Assembly (NCBI RefSeq): GCF_004102945.1 | Contig: NZ_CP019384.1 | Location: forward strand, 1,350,001-1,382,000 | Length of the DNA: 32,000 nt | Source: Candidatus Velamenicoccus archaeovorus | Lineage (GTDB): Bacteria > Omnitrophota > Gorgyraeia > Velamenicoccales > Velamenicoccaceae | Direction: 5' to 3' | Part shown: in pieces, positions 7,020-14,518 of the stretch | Numbering within the stretch: the stretch's first letter is position 1 | Layout: every line of letters begins with the position of its first letter | Made by a program: the position numbers and the translations under genes | The notes under the pieces: generated by a model | What the model saw: only the letters and a program-made list of their open reading frames with translations | Told to the model about the DNA's origin: nothing | Databases searched by the model: none

Positions 7020-9261
7020 CTATTTTCCCTCCGCGGAACGCCCTGGGGACGACAAAGGTGAACGTGCTGCCGTGACCGATCTGGCTCTCCACCCAGATAT
7101 CTCCCCCGTGAAGATTGATGATCTCTTTGGCAATGGACAAACCCAATCCCGTTCCGCCTGTGCCGACAGGCGAAACGAGGCTGACCTGTTCGAATTTGTT
7201 GAATATCCTCTTGAAATCTTTCGGGTCGATGCCGATGCCCGAATCATGGACCGCGATCTCCACGCACGGCTCCTGGCATATCTTTTCTTTCAGATCCAAT
7301 GGCTTGAGCTTGATATGGACTTCTCCTTTTTTCGGCGTGAACTTCAAAGCGTTGCCGACAAGGTTCACCATGACCTGCACCATGCGGTCCCTATCCGCAT
7401 TGACCGTCACGGGCGCCTCCGGCAGGTCGATCTTCAGCACGATCTCCTTGTCGCTCACCCAGCTTGAAAGAGACACCTTGACCTCCTGGATGACGCCCCG
7501 GATATCGAAAGAAGACGGCAGGAGGACAAATTTGCCGGCCTCGAGCTTGGACATATCCAGAAGATCGTTGATGAGGCTGTTGAGACGCGCCAGGTTGAGC
7601 TTGGAAATGGCCAGAAACCGCTTCTGGTCGTCATTGATGGCGCCGGTGACGCCGCTGTCGATGAGTTCCAGGGACTTCTGGATCGCCACCACAGGCGTGC
7701 GCAGTTCGTGCGTCACCAGAGAGACAAATTGCGACTTGATCTCTTCGATCTGTTTCTCGTGCGTGATATCGCTCAAAACCGACACCATCCCGACGGTATC
7801 GCCATCCTCGTTCTCGACGACAGCCGTAGACGCCCTCAGGACTTTCTTGGTCGTCTCGTCTTTACTGTCGAGTTCAATCTCCTTCGTCACCTGGGTCCCC
7901 ATTTCGGCGTCCAGATCTTTGGCGACGGCCAAGAGATGCTCATTTTTCAAGCTCTCGACGAGATACCTGCCGAGAGACTCCTTGGCCCGGCTGTCGAGGA
8001 GCTTCTCGGCCGCCGGGTTCATCATCACGATGCGGCCTTCCCGGTCGACGACGACAACGCCCTCGGCCACATGGCGCATAATGGCATCCGTCCTCTCTTT
8101 CTCATCGGCCAGCCTCTTATTGAGAGAGGTCAGATCTTCCGTCTCCCGGCGAACCTCTTTCTCAAGTTCCTCGTCGAACCTTTCGGCTATCCGCATAAGC
8201 CTGTCGAGTCTCTTCTTGGAAACGGCCACTTCCTTGTCCTGGGCAAGCTCCGCTTTAAGCTTTTCGACAAACAAGGCGGCCTTGTCGCGGGCCGCCCCGC
8301 GCCCCACGAAATAATCCTGGAGCCTGGGCACCAGCCTCTCCCCATCCCTCTCTTCGTTGAAGATGCGGGCCCCCAGGCTGACAGATTCCCCGGGTGCGTT
8401 TTCAAAAGACGAAAACGCATAAAATGCCATGGCCATCTTGATATCGTCTGTACAGGACCGGATTGCATCTTCGGCAGTCAAAAAAATAAAAACCGTATTT
8501 TTCTTGCGGAATGAATCGAAGACGCGCTCCATAAAACCCGACGGATCCGGCTTGCGTTTCAGGATAATGGGCGCGATATGTTCGGCCATCCAGGCGATGA
8601 ATTTCTTGATGACGGCCTCAAAATTCCCGGTCTCTTTGGCGCTCCGGATGATCACGTCGACGATAGACCCCGGATCCCGCTCAAGCTTCTCAAAAATGCC
8701 TTCAGGGGGCTGCGACAAATCCCCCCTCCTGCCGCTCAAGAAATCCTGGATATGCCCGGCCATCCCCTCAGACTCCGCCTGGCCTTCGGGCCGCACATCG
8801 GAAAGCACCGCGCCTGCCTCACGCAATCTCTCAGGAGACAGCCTGCGGACCTGGATATGCCTGGAGCCGCTCAACAGAATTGCCGGCGTCGAACGGCCCT
8901 CACCGGTATCCGTATCCCTGGAAGACGCCAATGCCTTGATAAAATCAATTAACTCGCCGGGTTCCACTCCCCGCAAGAAAACAACAGCTTCAAGCCCAAA
9001 GTTCACGAACCGGTCGTAAATCTCCCGGACCCCCGTGACATCTGCGTCCATCGGCTCCTCATTCAGAAGCATCCGGCCGCCCGGGAGGCCTGCGGCAAAA
9101 ATTATCTCTGTTTTTTCTTTAAGAATCGTATCGAAGATGGAAAAAAGGCTGTGCAAAGTCTCACGGGACAGGGAATGCTGGGAGACATAGAGCGAAAGCC
9201 TTTTGAAGGCGAGGAAGAAGGACTTAAAGACTTCTCTGTATAACGCTGATTTTTCAGACAT
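7009..9261 (-). CDS. Soluble sensor histidine kinase (unknown N-domain, coiled coil, PAS, HisKA, HATPase_c)
   Basis: 750 aa with no TM segment seen. PAS (HVAEGVVVVDREGRIVMMNPAAEKLL), H-box FVSLVTHELRTPV, N-box VNLVGNALKFT, G-boxes DSGIGI and GTGLGLSI. Confidence 0.9.
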   Translation of the reverse strand: MSEKSALYREVFKSFFLAFKRLSLYVSQHSLSRETLHSLFSIFDTILKEKTEIIFAAGLPGGRMLLNEEPMDADVTGVREIYDRFVNFGLEAVVFLRGVEPGELIDFIKALASSRDTDTGEGRSTPAILLSGSRHIQVRRLSPERLREAGAVLSDVRPEGQAESEGMAGHIQDFLSGRRGDLSQPPEGIFEKLERDPGSIVDVIIRSAKETGNFEAVIKKFIAWMAEHIAPIILKRKPDPSGFMERVFDSFRKKNTVFIFLTAEDAIRSCTDDIKMAMAFYAFSSFENAPGESVSLGARIFNEERDGERLVPRLQDYFVGRGAARDKAALFVEKLKAELAQDKEVAVSKKRLDRLMRIAERFDEELEKEVRRETEDLTSLNKRLADEKERTDAIMRHVAEGVVVVDREGRIVMMNPAAEKLLDSRAKESLGRYLVESLKNEHLLAVAKDLDAEMGTQVTKEIELDSKDETTKKVLRASTAVVENEDGDTVGMVSVLSDITHEKQIEEIKSQFVSLVTHELRTPVVAIQKSLELIDSGVTGAINDDQKRFLAISKLNLARLNSLINDLLDMSKLEAGKFVLLPSSFDIRGVIQEVKVSLSSWVSDKEIVLKIDLPEAPVTVNADRDRMVQVMVNLVGNALKFTPKKGEVHIKLKPLDLKEKICQEPCVEIAVHDSGIGIDPKDFKRIFNKFEQVSLVSPVGTGGTGLGLSIAKEIINLHGGDIWVESQIGHGSTFTFVVPRAFRGGKIDVQ

Positions 9262-9374
9262 AGGGACAATCGATAGGAAACATTTCTATCATAACGTGCT
9301 TTACGGCAAATGGCAAGGTGAATGTGGCGCTTAAACCCGCAGGATCGCCCCGGCTTTTCCGGCGAGCTCCTGAC

Positions 9375-10532
9375 CTATCCGAAGGTAAGGGCGTAGATCG
9401 ACAAACCGGGCCCGTCCACCTCGATCTCGAGCTTGTGCTGGCCATATCCCGGACCGCAGATAATGTGGTACATATCATGGCCGGAGACCTTGACCATGCC
9501 CCCATCCCCCGCGTCTTCGCAGCTATACGACTGACCGATATATCTGCCATCTACCTTAATCATGAGCCTCGCACCGGCTCCAGGGGCACCGGCGACGAGA
9601 TTGACGGACTTGGCCTTATAGATGAGGACGATCTTCCCTGTAGCCGACTGCAGACGGAGATGATCGGCATCATTGAACCACTCCCCTTCCAAATAGACCT
9701 GGTTAGGCGCCAGCGTATCCGGCAGGACATAGCGGATGACCCTGCCCTCTTCAAATCCTTCGGGGCTGCCGAAGTTACCGCGCGTCGTCTCGGCCCCGAG
9801 ATAAATCTCCGGCGTGCCGATCGAACCAAAATCAACCTCATCAATCTTTCCGGGCCGGACGGCGCCAAGAGAAGACGCGCCCTCTGCGATATGCAGGACA
9901 CGCCGGCGTTCTTCCAGGAGACGACGGATCACCTGTTCGGTCTGGCCGTAGCCGCCTTCGCCCACATGTTTGTAAACGATGAAGCCGTCGATATCGATCA
10001 GGTATTTCGTAGGCCAGTAAAGGGTATCGTAGAGACGCATGTTGGCATGGGCATTGTCCAGGATCACCGGATAATGGATCCCCGCTTTCTTGACGGCCAC
10101 GGCGACATTGTCATAGACCTTCTCAAAACCGAATTCCGGGGCGTGCACGCCGATGATCAGAAGTCCTTCGGATCCGTATTGGGCGTCCCATGCGGTCAAA
10201 TAGGGCAGCGTCCTTTGACAGTTGATACAGCTATAGGTCCAGAAGTCGATGAGGATGACCTTCTTGCCGATCGCATCGGAAAGACGGAAAGGTTTCGTAT
10301 TGATGTAGCCGTCGGGTGAAATGAATTCTTTGGCGCGTTCGTATTTCATTTTTTTCTCCGCGATCCGTTTTGTATTCGCCACCCCTTGCGCGACAGGCGC
10401 CGCGATCTCCTGGCTGGCGGCGACAGACGCAGGAACGCCGGACAATTCTTTCTCTTTACGGGGCTCCAGGACATATATAGCCGCGACGATCGCCGCAACG
10501 GCAACAAACAATAAAAAAGGTCTCTTTGTCAT
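9375..10532 (-). CDS. Membrane-anchored thioredoxin-like protein (DipZ/TlpA-type redoxin with extra C-terminal domain)
   Basis: N-terminal TM segment, then FWTYSCINCQRTLP (CxxC) in a redoxin fold and a ~170-aa C-terminal beta-rich domain. ATGA overlap with ccdA (10529..10532). Confidence 0.85.
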   Translation of the reverse strand: MTKRPFLLFVAVAAIVAAIYVLEPRKEKELSGVPASVAASQEIAAPVAQGVANTKRIAEKKMKYERAKEFISPDGYINTKPFRLSDAIGKKVILIDFWTYSCINCQRTLPYLTAWDAQYGSEGLLIIGVHAPEFGFEKVYDNVAVAVKKAGIHYPVILDNAHANMRLYDTLYWPTKYLIDIDGFIVYKHVGEGGYGQTEQVIRRLLEERRRVLHIAEGASSLGAVRPGKIDEVDFGSIGTPEIYLGAETTRGNFGSPEGFEEGRVIRYVLPDTLAPNQVYLEGEWFNDADHLRLQSATGKIVLIYKAKSVNLVAGAPGAGARLMIKVDGRYIGQSYSCEDAGDGGMVKVSGHDMYHIICGPGYGQHKLEIEVDGPGLSIYALTFG

Positions 10533-11245
10533 ATCCGTTTCAACAATGCTTTATTCAAAAAGGTGCCGTTCACAACCGCCGCCAGATCATCTGTAAAAAC
10601 AAGGATGCCCAGAAGAATCAGAAAAATACCCATCAAGCGGTTGATGATCCACAAATAACGGGCCAGCCGGCCGGTCCATTTCACGGCAAAAGACGCAAAT
10701 AACCCCGTCAAAAGGAACGGAACGCCAAGACCGAGGGCATAGCCGAGCAAAAGCCAGAAGCTTGCCGCCGGCCGGCTGGCGGCCAGGGCCAAGATGCTGC
10801 CCAGGATGGCTCCGACGCAGGGGGTCCAGCCGACCGCAAAAGCCGCTCCGAAGACGAAGGAAAAAACATAAGGAGGCAGCCGGGCCCCTGTCCTCAGCCG
10901 GACCTTATGCTCTCTCTGGAGCCAAGGAATCTCCAGAAGCCCCAGAAGATTCAGGCCGAAAACAATAATGACGATGCCGCCGATACGCCCCAGCCATTCT
11001 TTGGCCGCGAAAGAGACCTGCTGAAGGATGGTATTGAGCAAGACGCCGAGGAGGGCAAAGACCGAGGCGAATCCCAGCACAAAAAAACAGGAGCATAAAA
11101 AAATCCTGCGGCGCCCCGCAGAGGCTTGTGCCAAAGAAACGCCGGAAAGATATCCCAGGAAACCGGGAATAAGAGGCAAAACGCAGGGATTCAAAAAAGA
11201 CAATAAACCGGCGCCGAACGCTATGGCGAAAGAGACTCTATCCAC
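10529..11245 (-). CDS. ccdA: Cytochrome c biogenesis / thiol-disulfide electron transporter CcdA (DsbD core)
   Basis: 238 aa, polytopic. Both conserved Cys motifs are present: FLNPCVLPLIP and WTPCVGAILG. Confidence 0.9.
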   Translation of the reverse strand: MDRVSFAIAFGAGLLSFLNPCVLPLIPGFLGYLSGVSLAQASAGRRRIFLCSCFFVLGFASVFALLGVLLNTILQQVSFAAKEWLGRIGGIVIIVFGLNLLGLLEIPWLQREHKVRLRTGARLPPYVFSFVFGAAFAVGWTPCVGAILGSILALAASRPAASFWLLLGYALGLGVPFLLTGLFASFAVKWTGRLARYLWIINRLMGIFLILLGILVFTDDLAAVVNGTFLNKALLKRI

Positions 11246-11247
11246 CG

Positions 11248-12174
11248 TTAATCATCGTGATGCGCTTCGCTGCTCAAAGGCTCGACATGAACGACGATAT
11301 CGCTGACCCCGCAAAATTCCTTTTTAATAAGATCCTCGATCTTGACGGTCAGATCATGGGCCCGGACCACCTTCATGTTGTCATCTACCAGGAGATGCAG
11401 GTCGATAAAGATATCGTCGTGACGGCCGCGCGTCCTGATCTTGTGGCATTTTTTGACCTCGGGAATCGCCATCACGAGGCGTTCGATGGCGCGGCGATCG
11501 ATGGCCGCCGTATCGCACAGAATGGCCGAAGACCCTTTAAGGATCTCCAAGCCCGAAATGGCGATAAAAACGGCGATGACCATGGCCACAAGAGGGTCCA
11601 GGATGGGAAATCCGATCTTGACGCCGATCAGGGCAACGGCGACGGAACAGGATGTCAGAAGATCCGCCCGCGTATGCATGGCATCCGCGACAAGGATATC
11701 GCTGCCGAGGGCGCGGCCGCGGCGGCTCTCATAGAACATGACGGCCGTATTTATCAGCATCGTCAAGCCGAGAACGACAAAACCCCAGATATTGACTTCC
11801 GGCGCGCTCTTCGTCCGCAGTCTCTCCCAGCCGCTGTGGATAAGATTCAAACAGACCAAAAACAACAGGAAAGCGATGACAAGCGAAGCGAGGGTCTCGT
11901 ATTTCTTGTGGCCGTAAGGATGGTCTTCGTCCATGGGTTGCCCGGCGATCCTCATGCCCAGGAGACCGACGATATTGGAAGCGCCGTCCGCAAAGGAATG
12001 ATACCCGTCGGCCACCATGCTGGTGCTGTTGATCAGGTAGCCGAAGACCAATTTCAGGATCGCCACCAGCCAGTTCAATCCCAGGATAACAACAAGGATC
12101 CGCCGGACGGCGCGCACGTAGCCCTTTTCTCCCGCCGGGGCATGAAAGGCATGTTCATGATGGTGCAGAGACAT
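11248..12174 (-). CDS. Cation diffusion facilitator (CDF) family metal efflux transporter
   Basis: 308 aa. His-rich N-terminus (HHHEHAFH), TM2 HSFADGASN and TM5 HTRADLLTS metal-site motifs, and a C-terminal cytoplasmic domain. 2-nt gap to ccdA. Confidence 0.9.
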   Translation of the reverse strand: MSLHHHEHAFHAPAGEKGYVRAVRRILVVILGLNWLVAILKLVFGYLINSTSMVADGYHSFADGASNIVGLLGMRIAGQPMDEDHPYGHKKYETLASLVIAFLLFLVCLNLIHSGWERLRTKSAPEVNIWGFVVLGLTMLINTAVMFYESRRGRALGSDILVADAMHTRADLLTSCSVAVALIGVKIGFPILDPLVAMVIAVFIAISGLEILKGSSAILCDTAAIDRRAIERLVMAIPEVKKCHKIRTRGRHDDIFIDLHLLVDDNMKVVRAHDLTVKIEDLIKKEFCGVSDIVVHVEPLSSEAHHDD

Positions 12175-12177
12175 GGA

Positions 12178-12942
12178 TTATCCCACCAGTAGAAGGAGCG
12201 CCATGACTGCGACGCCCAGGATGATGGACAACAACTGAAAAACAGAACGCGAAAAACGTACTTCGCGATGAAGTTCGGGGATCAGATCCGATCCGGCCAA
12301 ATAGATAAAACCTCCCGCCGTCAGAGGCAGCGCATAATCCGCAAAATCTTTAATATGCGGGCCGACGAGGAGCGCTGTCACCGATCCTATGACCGCCACC
12401 AGCGCACACAAAAAATTCATAAACAGCGCCCGGAAACGGCCCAAACCGCCGTTGACAAGGATCCCGTAATCGCCAATCTCTTGGGGAATCTCATGCAAAA
12501 TGACGGCCAGCGTCGTCGTCAAGCCGATAGGAAAACTGACCGAATAGCTGGCGCCGATAATAATGCCGTCGATAAAATTATGGAAGCCGTCGCCGATCAG
12601 ATTGAGCCAGACAACGGGCTTGCTGTGCATGTCGCAGATGCCCGAATGGCAGTGCCGCCAATAGATGAATTTTTCAAGGATGAAGAACACGAGGATGCCG
12701 GCCATGACGCCGAAGGAGACGCGCAAAGGCGAGGCGGCCTTTTCAAAAGCCTCTGGAAGGATATGGATAAAAACGTCCCCGAACAACCCGCCGACAGCAA
12801 AGCTGACCAGAAAAAGCAGGGCCCTTTTCAGACGGTTCTCGTCCATGGCCAAAGTCACGATGCCAACCAAAGAGATGAGGCTGACCAGAAAAACGCTCAC
12901 CAAGGTGTAAAGCCAGGTCTTCATAATATCCATGTTTTCCAC
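12178..12942 (-). CDS. ZIP family metal transporter (ZupT-like)
   Basis: 254 aa. HNFIDGIIIG and ILHEIPQEIGDYG signature helices. The track start at 12942 is GTG; in-frame ATGs at 12933 and 12924 are alternatives. 3-nt gap to the CDF gene. Confidence 0.85.
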   Translation of the reverse strand: MENMDIMKTWLYTLVSVFLVSLISLVGIVTLAMDENRLKRALLFLVSFAVGGLFGDVFIHILPEAFEKAASPLRVSFGVMAGILVFFILEKFIYWRHCHSGICDMHSKPVVWLNLIGDGFHNFIDGIIIGASYSVSFPIGLTTTLAVILHEIPQEIGDYGILVNGGLGRFRALFMNFLCALVAVIGSVTALLVGPHIKDFADYALPLTAGGFIYLAGSDLIPELHREVRFSRSVFQLLSIILGVAVMALLLLVG

Positions 12943-12968
12943 AGGTTATGGTAGATTTTCTTTCTTAA

Positions 12969-12997
12969 AGATTAGTCTAAGAAGCGCGCTTTGTCAA
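12969..12997 (-). promoter_or_regulatory. Sigma70-type promoter TTGACA-N17-TAATCT for the ZIP-CDF-ccdA-trx operon
   Basis: Minus-strand reading: -35 at 12997..12992, -10 at 12974..12969. Located ~30 nt upstream of the ZIP start. Confidence 0.45.
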
Positions 12998-13002
12998 CCA
13001 AT

Positions 13003-13040
13003 AAGAAAACCAGGCGCCTGGACATCGGCGCCTGGTTTTC
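13003..13040 (-). terminator. Intrinsic terminator after thi4 (hairpin has T/A tracts on both sides, potentially bidirectional)
   Basis: 9-bp GC-rich stem CCAGGCGCC/GGCGCCTGG (13010..13018 and 13027..13035) with an 8-nt loop. It is followed on the minus strand by TTTTCTTATT. Lies 30 nt past the thi4 stop. Confidence 0.7.
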
Positions 13041-13066
13041 ATTGATAACCGATACAAACCTGCGGA

Positions 13067-13873
13067 TCAGGCCTTAACGGTACAAACGTCTGCCGCCCCG
13101 GCCGCAATCTTATCCTTAATGAGCCCGGCAACCTTCCTTCCTGAATACAGCATCCCGGAGAACGTCGGTCCCATACGGGGAATGGCAAAAACTGTGGCCA
13201 CGCTCATACCGCAGACATAAAGACCCGGATAGACCTCTCCTGTCTTTTCCACGAGCGCATCTTCGGAAGCGACGATATCCATGGCCCCGCACTCGCCGTA
13301 GGACAGAATCCCTCTCTTCTGCAAAGCCTGACAGACACGCGCATCGTGCCCGGTCGCATCTACGACAACCCTCGCCTCCAAGGCGACAGGATCGACACAG
13401 GTGATCGCCCGCGGCAGGGCCGATACGGCCGCCCAGTTGACGACCACGCCCTCCACGCGTCCCTGACGACAAACCACATCGTCGCACTTCGTCATTTGGA
13501 GGAATTTCACCCCTGCGTCGCATGCCGCGGCAATCAGCTTGGAACACGCCTCAGGACCTTTGGCCGCATACAACCCCTCTTCGATTTTTTTGTATCCGAC
13601 ACCTAACTCATCCAGCATCTCTTCTCCGGGACTGCGGAATGTCAGGGTATTCATAAAATACCCGCCGATCCAGAAACCGCCGCCGAGATAATTGTTGCTC
13701 TCGACCACCAGGGTCTTCAAGCCGCTCCGCGCCAGGTCCCGCGCCGCCACAAGACCGCTGGGGCCGGCTCCGACGATCACAACATCGCTTTCGATATGTC
13801 CGTCGAATTCCTGCAGGAATTCCGACGATATGGCACGCGTGATACGCGCTTCATTCACAGGATAAAATGTCAT
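13067..13873 (-). CDS. thi4: Thiazole synthase Thi4/THI1 family, Cys-type active site (ITCVDP)
   Basis: 268 aa. VVIVGAGPSG, NYLGGG, VNWAAV, DATGHDA, GMSV...RMGPTFSGMLYSG. Cys159 codon TGT at 13399..13397. AAGGAG SD upstream. Confidence 0.9.
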   Translation of the reverse strand: MTFYPVNEARITRAISSEFLQEFDGHIESDVVIVGAGPSGLVAARDLARSGLKTLVVESNNYLGGGFWIGGYFMNTLTFRSPGEEMLDELGVGYKKIEEGLYAAKGPEACSKLIAAACDAGVKFLQMTKCDDVVCRQGRVEGVVVNWAAVSALPRAITCVDPVALEARVVVDATGHDARVCQALQKRGILSYGECGAMDIVASEDALVEKTGEVYPGLYVCGMSVATVFAIPRMGPTFSGMLYSGRKVAGLIKDKIAAGAADVCTVKA

Positions 13874-13913
13874 ACGAGTCTCCTTAATTTTGCCTATAAC
13901 CAGGCCCTTTCCT

Positions 13914-14017
13914 TAGGCCCTCCCCTTAGGGGTATGGGGAAGGCCTACCCCTTGTGGGTTACAAAATTAGGCCCTTCGCTTATTTGGTATTGCGAAGGCC
14001 TACCCCCTTGTAGGGTT
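13914..14017 (-). repeat. Two tandem ~50-nt hairpin units (TAGGCC...GGCCTA stem plus small ACCC/GGGT hairpin) in the thi4 leader
   Basis: Unit at 13914..13960 has stem 13914..13925 / 13936..13947. Unit at 13968..14017 has stem 13968..13979 / 13992..14002. The outer 6 bp are identical. The inner 5 bp differ by two compensatory pair changes. A degenerate third unit lies at 14041..14080. Confidence 0.6.
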
Positions 14018-14088
14018 AATCCCGAGTCTGCGAAGGAAATTTTTGCCGGATGGCCGTCCGACGGCCTACCCTGGCAAAAATTTTCAAG

Positions 14089-14140
14089 CGCCCGCCACCA
14101 CTGCGTCGGCGGGCGTCCGCCGAAGAACTAGTGGCGGACG
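14089..14140 (-). repeat. Two abutting GC-rich 8-bp-stem hairpins; member of a dispersed palindromic repeat (second copy 24008..24048)
   Basis: CGCCCGCC-N11-GGCGGGCG (14089..14115) and CGTCCGCC-N11-GGCGGACG (14114..14140). The same stem, a similar loop and the flank CCCGCCAC(C/T)ACTGCGTC recur at 24008..24048. Confidence 0.55.
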
Positions 14141-14200
14141 TTGAGACGAGGGATAAGCGCCTATTCCTTAAGTTGTCCTTCTCATCATCGAACACTCTTC

Positions 14201-14235
14201 ACAAACAAAAAACCCTGCTGCCAAGCGCAACAGGG
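14201..14235 (-). terminator. Intrinsic terminator, probable expression platform of the TPP riboswitch
   Basis: Minus-strand CCCTGTTGC-GCTTG-GCAGCAGGG (9 bp including one G-U), followed by TTTTTTGTTTGT. Confidence 0.75.
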
Positions 14236-14261
14236 TCCTCAAAAGACATGGTCCATGTCTA

Positions 14262-14452
14262 CCTCCCTTCGCTGGCATTACCCAGTCCTGCTTCGCTAAA
14301 ACACTTTCGTTTTAGCTTCGCAGGATTCCTGCGTGGCCCCTTTAGAAGCGGGGCGCAACAGGAATCAGGTTCATGAGGTCATCCGCTGCGCCGTCGAAGC
14401 ACGCTTCGACAGCCTGCGGAACTCTCAGGCCGATACACGACCTCCCTCGTCC
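14262..14452 (-). promoter_or_regulatory. TPP (THI-box) riboswitch aptamer with two large insertions
   Basis: Minus-strand reading contains CUGAGAG (14428..14422), ACCUGAU (14370..14364) and CUGGGUAAUGCCAGCGAAGGGA (14285..14264). P2 is GAGGUC/GACCUC (14444..14439 and 14380..14375). It lies upstream of thi4 and is followed by a terminator. Confidence 0.75.
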
Positions 14453-14465
14453 GAATTGTGTCTTT

Positions 14466-14494
14466 ACCTTATCAAAGGACGACGCCTTTGTCAA
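14466..14494 (-). promoter_or_regulatory. Sigma70-type promoter TTGACA-N17-TAAGGT driving the riboswitch-thi4 transcript
   Basis: -35 at 14494..14489 and -10 at 14471..14466 (minus-strand reading). Predicted +1 near 14459, just 5' of the aptamer. Confidence 0.5.
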
Positions 14495-14518
14495 GGAAAG
14501 CGCCAACAAATAACCTCT

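Noticed and set aside
7115-8514. 399-aa and 268-aa plus-strand ORFs
   Set aside because: They are antisense to the histidine kinase, which has complete H, N and G boxes. Their composition is low-complexity Ser/Leu/Arg. Shadow ORFs.
9318-12192. 333-aa and 311-aa plus-strand ORFs opposite the thioredoxin, ccdA and CDF genes
   Set aside because: The minus-strand genes have clear family motifs and operon spacing. The plus-strand frames are Arg/Asp/Gly-rich with no motifs.
13901-14140. Possible CRISPR array because of closely spaced repeats
   Set aside because: There are only two or three units and they are not identical. They are internally palindromic with ~8-nt spacers, and there are no cas genes. 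This fits REP/BIME-like palindromes, not CRISPR.
13796-14376. 111-aa and 108-aa plus-strand ORFs in the thi4 upstream region
   Set aside because: They run across the palindromic repeat cluster, the terminator and the TPP aptamer on the opposite strand. There is no SD, and their composition is driven by the repeats.
14250-14455. First impression of a large structured ncRNA (RNase P RNA-like length and GC-rich helices)
   Set aside because: The RNase P universal strings (GAGGAAAGUCC, ACAGAAxxCGGCUUA) are absent. The conserved strings present are those of the THI-box, so I called it a TPP riboswitch with insertions instead.
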